NCBI GenBank assembly: GCA_964575955.1
Contig: CAZNTG010000009.1
Location: 1-64,000 of the forward strand
Direction of reading: 5' to 3'
Origin: an uncultured Thermoproteaceae archaeon
Lineage (GTDB): Archaea; Thermoproteota; Thermoprotei; Thermoproteales; Thermocladiaceae
Length of the DNA: 64,000 nt
The position numbers and the translations under genes are program-made. A model generated the notes under the pieces. The model made no database searches and had not been told where the DNA came from. It saw only the letters and a list, made by a program, of their open reading frames with translations. Shown here piece after piece: positions 59,109 through 64,000 of this stretch; position 1 is the first letter of the stretch; every line of letters begins with the position of its first letter.

Positions 59109-62084
59109 CTACCATTCAACATATATTGCAGGTCTTCCTGGATATGCAGTCTTAGCCTTATTCATAGGATCATACCTTGGATTTAATGCATTCTGTACTT
59201 CAACTTCAACACCACCCAACTTGTATGATATGTATTTTTCACAATCTTTAAATATTTTCAATTCTGCATCTCTGTAAATTCTAATTCTTGGAATAATACC
59301 ATTAATAATCTTCTTAGCAATATCACTTATCTTATTCATAATATTTCTATACTCATCTCTCTGTGAGAAGTATCTTAATATTGTCTTAATATCATTTCCT
59401 GATTCTAACATCTCTATAATCTTATTAACAATACCGTACATTATCTCTTCAGGTCCAACATATATGTATACTTTTCTTGGTGTTGAACCTCTACTCTTAA
59501 TTATAGCTTTTATATCTTCTATAGTTCTATCAATAATTTCAAATACATTTAAAACTTCCCAACTTAACGGACCAGGACTTGGCCATAATTCACGTGATAC
59601 ATATGTGTTCTTTCCCATTCTATGCCAAATTTCTTCACATAGATGTGGAATTACTGGCTGTAACATTCTTATCCATTTGTCAAGTATGTAGTTTGATACA
59701 TATCTAACTTCATCAATATCTATACCACATACCTTATAGCTATTTAAATAATCTTCAATCTCGTTTAACATGTTGAAAAATACATCTACAACATATTCTC
59801 TAATTCTAAACTTCTCTAAGTACTCTTTTGCTTTTATTGTTAACATGTTTATAATACTTATCAACTTCTTACTAAGTGTATGTAATTTATCAAATGTGTA
59901 TTCTTCAGCAGGAGGACCAAGCTCTAACATCATGTTACATATTCTCCAAAATCTTTCAAGTTGATCAACCATCTTAACTACTTCACTCTCTCTCCAATCT
60001 AGAATACTTTCAAGATCTGCACTATATGCGACATATAGTCTAAATAGATCTGCACTATAGTATTTTGAAAGTTTTGCAATTTCTAATACATTTCCTAAAG
60101 TTTTTGACATCTTTCTACCTTCTCTAATAACATTCTCATTTAGAGATATTGCTCTAGGCCATAGTTCTTCTGGAAATATTGCTACATGGTGCATTATGAA
60201 GAATGTTAGATGACTAGGTATCAGATCAATACCACTATGTCTAAGATCTACAGGATACCAATATAGGAATTCTCTTCTAATATCTTCAACAATTTTTGGA
60301 TCTACATTAAATAGTTTAGATATTTCATATGGATCTCCTCTACCTAGGAATATGTAGTCAAATAATTTTTCAATCATTTCTAAAGCTTCTCTAGATCCTT
60401 CGTAGACTTTTCTAGTCAAATCTTTCAATTTATCAGATATGCCACTCTCTCTCAACTTCTTAACAATTGTGTAAAATGCCATGTATATTGTTGAATCACT
60501 TAGAGATTCTATAATCCATTCAGGATCCCATGGAAGTCTAGTGCCTAAACCTCTACGTCTTGCACATGGTCTAAGTTCTAGCCATTCTATTGTTGATATA
60601 AATTGTTGTCTATATTTTTCAGGAATTATCTTCATGTATTCTCTAACGAGCTTTAATGCTCTCTCTTTCCATTCTCTAGGTCTATAATCTATAAACCACT
60701 GATCTTTAATAACTGCAGCTATAACTCTATTACCTGCTCTTGTAACAACATTTCTAGGCTCAATTTCATACATCACATCCATCATATTAATACTCTTCAA
60801 CATTTCTTTAACTTTCTCTCTAGCTTCAGATACAGGCAGGTTCTTCAGTGGAGTATTATCTTTCATAATTCCATTATAAAACTCTGTTTGATATACAATC
60901 TTAGTAGCATCATTTAACTTTTGATCTAGTTGAGATTTTATATTAAGCTTCTTAACGATATCAACAGCTGGATATTCACCAAGTTGTGATTTTATTATAC
61001 TTATAGGTTCAATATTCTTAACAATATTCTCAATGTTGTATTTCTTCAAAATATTTACACTCTCCTTCAATTCTACAAGTGCTGCATAGTCGTATGGTGC
61101 ATGAGCAGGAACGCTATACACAACTCCTGTACCTACGTCAGGATCTACGAAATATGCAGGTAGTATTGGTACATCTCTATCTACTAGTGGTGCATGTACA
61201 AATTTTCCAATAAGCTCTTCACCTTTAAATTCTCTAATAATTTTTACATCTCTATCTTGATATTGTAATTTCCATGCACATTGCTTAGATATTATCCAAA
61301 TTTCAGAGTTGTTTATTAATGCTTCAACGTAGTCTGCGTCTGGTTTTATCCACACATTTGTGACTCCGAAAATTGTTTCTGGTCTTAATGTTGCAGCTAC
61401 TAGATACTTATCACCATACTTGAATTTTATTAATGTAAATTCGTTAATTCTTACCTCTATCTCATCGCCACCCTTAATATCATGTTCACCAACTGCATGT
61501 CCTTCAGCTGGTGCGTAGAGTACTACATGTTTTCCTCTAGTTATGTAGTTCTTCTCTTTCAATTTCAAGTATTGCCAAATTATAAATGCATTATAGTCAG
61601 GATCTCCTGTTGTAAATTGTCTTGAGAAATCTATTGAAAGACCAATACTCTTAAAATCTCTCTCATATGCTTTTGCGAAGAATGATGCTATTTTCCAACT
61701 ATCTTTAAATTCTTGAACAATCTTTTCAACCTCCTCAGGATTATCTACATATAGACTAACATATTCTCTATATCTCTGAATTGTCTCTAAGTCACCTCTA
61801 GCTATCATATCTGCAACAGCTTGTATTGGTGTACCTGTTATATGCCATGCTATTGGATATAGAACATTATATCCAAGCATTCTCTTAAATCGTGCAATTA
61901 TATCAGCAACTGTGAATGTTCTACCATGACCTATGTGAGGTGGTCCTTGGACATATGGATATGGTACTGTTATGAAGAACTTAGCTTTCTCTTCCTCAAC
62001 CTTAGCCTCAAATATCTTATTCTCATACCACTCTCTCTGCCACTTTGCTTCAATCTCTCTCAAAACTTTCAAGAACTCAGACAT
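59109..62084 (-). CDS. leuS: Leucyl-tRNA synthetase
   Basis: PYPY...PHIGH, TLRPET, GTG.V.SVPAHAPYD, IESLSDSTIYMA, KMSK; ATG 62084 preferred. Confidence 0.98.
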   Translation of the reverse strand: MSEFLKVLREIEAKWQREWYENKIFEAKVEEEKAKFFITVPYPYVQGPPHIGHGRTFTVADIIARFKRMLGYNVLYPIAWHITGTPIQAVADMIARGDLETIQRYREYVSLYVDNPEEVEKIVQEFKDSWKIASFFAKAYERDFKSIGLSIDFSRQFTTGDPDYNAFIIWQYLKLKEKNYITRGKHVVLYAPAEGHAVGEHDIKGGDEIEVRINEFTLIKFKYGDKYLVAATLRPETIFGVTNVWIKPDADYVEALINNSEIWIISKQCAWKLQYQDRDVKIIREFKGEELIGKFVHAPLVDRDVPILPAYFVDPDVGTGVVYSVPAHAPYDYAALVELKESVNILKKYNIENIVKNIEPISIIKSQLGEYPAVDIVKKLNIKSQLDQKLNDATKIVYQTEFYNGIMKDNTPLKNLPVSEAREKVKEMLKSINMMDVMYEIEPRNVVTRAGNRVIAAVIKDQWFIDYRPREWKERALKLVREYMKIIPEKYRQQFISTIEWLELRPCARRRGLGTRLPWDPEWIIESLSDSTIYMAFYTIVKKLRESGISDKLKDLTRKVYEGSREALEMIEKLFDYIFLGRGDPYEISKLFNVDPKIVEDIRREFLYWYPVDLRHSGIDLIPSHLTFFIMHHVAIFPEELWPRAISLNENVIREGRKMSKTLGNVLEIAKLSKYYSADLFRLYVAYSADLESILDWRESEVVKMVDQLERFWRICNMMLELGPPAEEYTFDKLHTLSKKLISIINMLTIKAKEYLEKFRIREYVVDVFFNMLNEIEDYLNSYKVCGIDIDEVRYVSNYILDKWIRMLQPVIPHLCEEIWHRMGKNTYVSRELWPSPGPLSWEVLNVFEIIDRTIEDIKAIIKSRGSTPRKVYIYVGPEEIMYGIVNKIIEMLESGNDIKTILRYFSQRDEYRNIMNKISDIAKKIINGIIPRIRIYRDAELKIFKDCEKYISYKLGGVEVEVQNALNPRYDPMNKAKTAYPGRPAIYVEW

Positions 62085-62197
62085 CTTTCTACAGATTAGC
62101 AATCTTGACAACATGTTTAAAAGTTCTATTAGTTTATACAAACATAATCTACAGTATGGAGTAAAGGTTATTTTACAGATATAATCATAGCCAAAGC

Positions 62198-62797
62198 ATG
62201 GAATTTTACGAACTTCTATCAGGAACTGCTGTAGGTATTAGAGCACAGGATGGTGTTGTACTTGCATCTGAGAGAAGAGTTGCATATGGATTCTACCTAC
62301 TAAGTAAGTCAGGTAAGAAGGTGTTTAAGATAAATGATAACATCGGTATAGCAGCTGCGGGAATATTAGCAGATATGCAGACAGTAGCAAAAATTGTTAG
62401 AGCAGACATGAATCTGTACTACTTGAGAACAAAGAAAATACCATCTGTAAGATCTGTAGCAAAACTACTATCAATACTACTATTCGAAAGAAGACTACTA
62501 CCATATATATGTGAAGTTGCTGTTGGTGGAATTGATGAAGAAGGGTCACACCTGTATGTTCTAGATCCAGCAGGATCATTAATAGAGGATGACTATACAG
62601 CACTTGGAACAGGTGCAAAAATAGCAATTGGAATCTTAGAAAGTGAATATAGGAAAGATATGTCTGTAAAAGATGCTAGAGAACTAGCTATAAAAGCCAT
62701 AAAACAGGCAATATCTAGGGATCCAGTATCTGGAGATGGATGTGACATATTGATAATATCTAAAGAAGGTTCTAAAGAAGAAACAATAACATTTTAA
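62198..62797 (+). CDS. psmB: Proteasome beta subunit
   Basis: SG/TAVGI, ASERR, AG.LAD.Q, D..GS, ALGTG, RD..SGDG. Confidence 0.95.
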   Translation: MEFYELLSGTAVGIRAQDGVVLASERRVAYGFYLLSKSGKKVFKINDNIGIAAAGILADMQTVAKIVRADMNLYYLRTKKIPSVRSVAKLLSILLFERRLLPYICEVAVGGIDEEGSHLYVLDPAGSLIEDDYTALGTGAKIAIGILESEYRKDMSVKDARELAIKAIKQAISRDPVSGDGCDILIISKEGSKEETITF

Positions 62798-63168
62798 TGA
62801 AGTGTATAATACTAGACTCATCAGCAATATTTCATATAAGAAATTTAGAAATTCTAAAAAACCTCGGAGATAAAATATACATAACAGATAAAGTTTTAGA
62901 AGAATTAAAAGATCCTAGAGCACAAGCAATAATATCATTACTAACTCCAGAAATTGTAGAAGTAGATATTAAGAAAATAGATAAGTATAGAATGAAGTAT
63001 AGTAAATTGAGTATAGCAGATGCATCAATTATAGCATGTATTGAAGATTTAAAGAATATATGTAGAGAGATAGTTGTAATAACAGATGACATATACTTAA
63101 AGAGAATTGTCGAAAAGATGAAAGTTAGAGCATTATCAATATATTTCGATAAGAGGAGAAATTTATGA
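62797..63168 (+). CDS. PIN-domain protein (Nob1/VapC-like)
   Basis: ILDSSA, V.EEL, LS.AD.SII, TDD. Confidence 0.85.
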   Translation: MKCIILDSSAIFHIRNLEILKNLGDKIYITDKVLEELKDPRAQAIISLLTPEIVEVDIKKIDKYRMKYSKLSIADASIIACIEDLKNICREIVVITDDIYLKRIVEKMKVRALSIYFDKRRNL

Positions 63169-63170
63169 GA

Positions 63171-63458
63171 TTAACAACATAATACCTCAATCATATTCTT
63201 AATATAGTTTATACTATCTAGTAGACAATCTCTACATAATATAAAGATTTTACTATCTCTAAGATCTACAAGACCAACATTATGAATATCTATAGATTTT
63301 CCACATAATGTACATCGAGAGTTAGTTAATATGTTCTTAATAATTTTAATAGCATCTAGTCCAAAGAGCACATCATCTACAGTTATTGCGAGTGTATAAG
63401 ATCCTGTTGATATGAAGGTTAATCTCGAAACTTTCGGACTACTCTTCCTCATCCTCAC
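63171..63458 (-). CDS. Hypothetical zinc-binding protein
   Basis: CTLCG...LCRDC; GTG start. Confidence 0.55.
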   Translation of the reverse strand: MRMRKSSPKVSRLTFISTGSYTLAITVDDVLFGLDAIKIIKNILTNSRCTLCGKSIDIHNVGLVDLRDSKIFILCRDCLLDSINYIKNMIEVLCC

Positions 63459-63491
63459 TTAACTATAGTCTTGAAAGATATTTATATTAGA

Positions 63492-63965
63492 TTAACTCCC
63501 AGTGTTACGATTTTGAAACAGTTCAAAAAGTATGTCGAGAGGTATTTCAAATATTGATAATATGTTATATCCAAATCTCTTGAGGACATTTACAAAATCT
63601 TGAACATCATTATTAGTCATAGATTGTGGTAGAACTACTATATCACTATTAGAAATGTCTAATTTCGATATTTTTTTCATAATGTTTATAATCTTCTCAA
63701 TATTGACATACCTATAATGTACAATATATACATCCATGTTTGAAATTGTAGTTCTTATATCTACACCATATCTCAAATACGTACATAATACATGATCAGC
63801 AACTTCTCTACCTTCAACATCTATACTAGTTAAATTACCTGTATATGGATACATTCCTAAGTTTGAAAAATCTACAACATTTAAGGCATTTTTAACTCTC
63901 TTTCTAATTAATGTAATCTCAAGTTCTATATGCTCTACCTTTTTAGTAATTTTAGATTCATACAT
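63492..63965 (-). CDS. Hypothetical protein
   Basis: 157-aa ORF preceded by GAGG. Confidence 0.6.
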   Translation of the reverse strand: MYESKITKKVEHIELEITLIRKRVKNALNVVDFSNLGMYPYTGNLTSIDVEGREVADHVLCTYLRYGVDIRTTISNMDVYIVHYRYVNIEKIINIMKKISKLDISNSDIVVLPQSMTNNDVQDFVNVLKRFGYNILSIFEIPLDILFELFQNRNTGS

Positions 63966-64000
63966 AGTTTCAACTCTCTTCCTCAGAATTATGTTTGGTA

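Noticed and set aside
1-64000. Scattered ribosomal-protein and ATP synthase genes as a sign of misassembly
   Set aside because: Operon fragmentation is characteristic of Thermoproteales, and codon style looks uniform across these genes.

Overview
Low-GC chromosomal window from a hyperthermophilic archaeon. Thermoproteota, most likely a Thermoproteales-like lineage, is inferred from dispersed ribosomal-protein and A-ATPase genes, a very long AtpI, GC-rich tRNAs with a BHB intron, and many C/D box sRNAs. Most of it is housekeeping: rpl32e, rps8, rpl5, rpl30, ileS, glyS, metG, leuS, endA, rpoP, psmB, tpiA, pdxS, fni, nadM, atpC, atpI and an Lhr helicase. The stand-out region is a 10 kb acetyl-CoA decarbonylase/synthase locus (10.6-20.5 kb). 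cdhC, cdhD and cdhE look intact, and a RACo/AcsV corrinoid activator and an FrhB-family gene are present. The CO dehydrogenase gene cdhA is full-length but lacks both D-cluster cysteines, the His proton-relay motif and the His ligand of the C-cluster, and there is no cdhB or cooC in the locus. Features absent from the ORF track include ten C/D box guide sRNAs (three sharing a compensatory GCGA/UGAGC K-loop), tRNA-Arg(GCG) with a 69-nt intron, tRNA-Thr(CGT), a frameshifted UDG-fold gene between the tRNAs, rpoP and a 57-aa Cys-rich zinc-finger protein. No CRISPR array or transposase was seen. All family calls are from motif recognition by eye; no searches were run.
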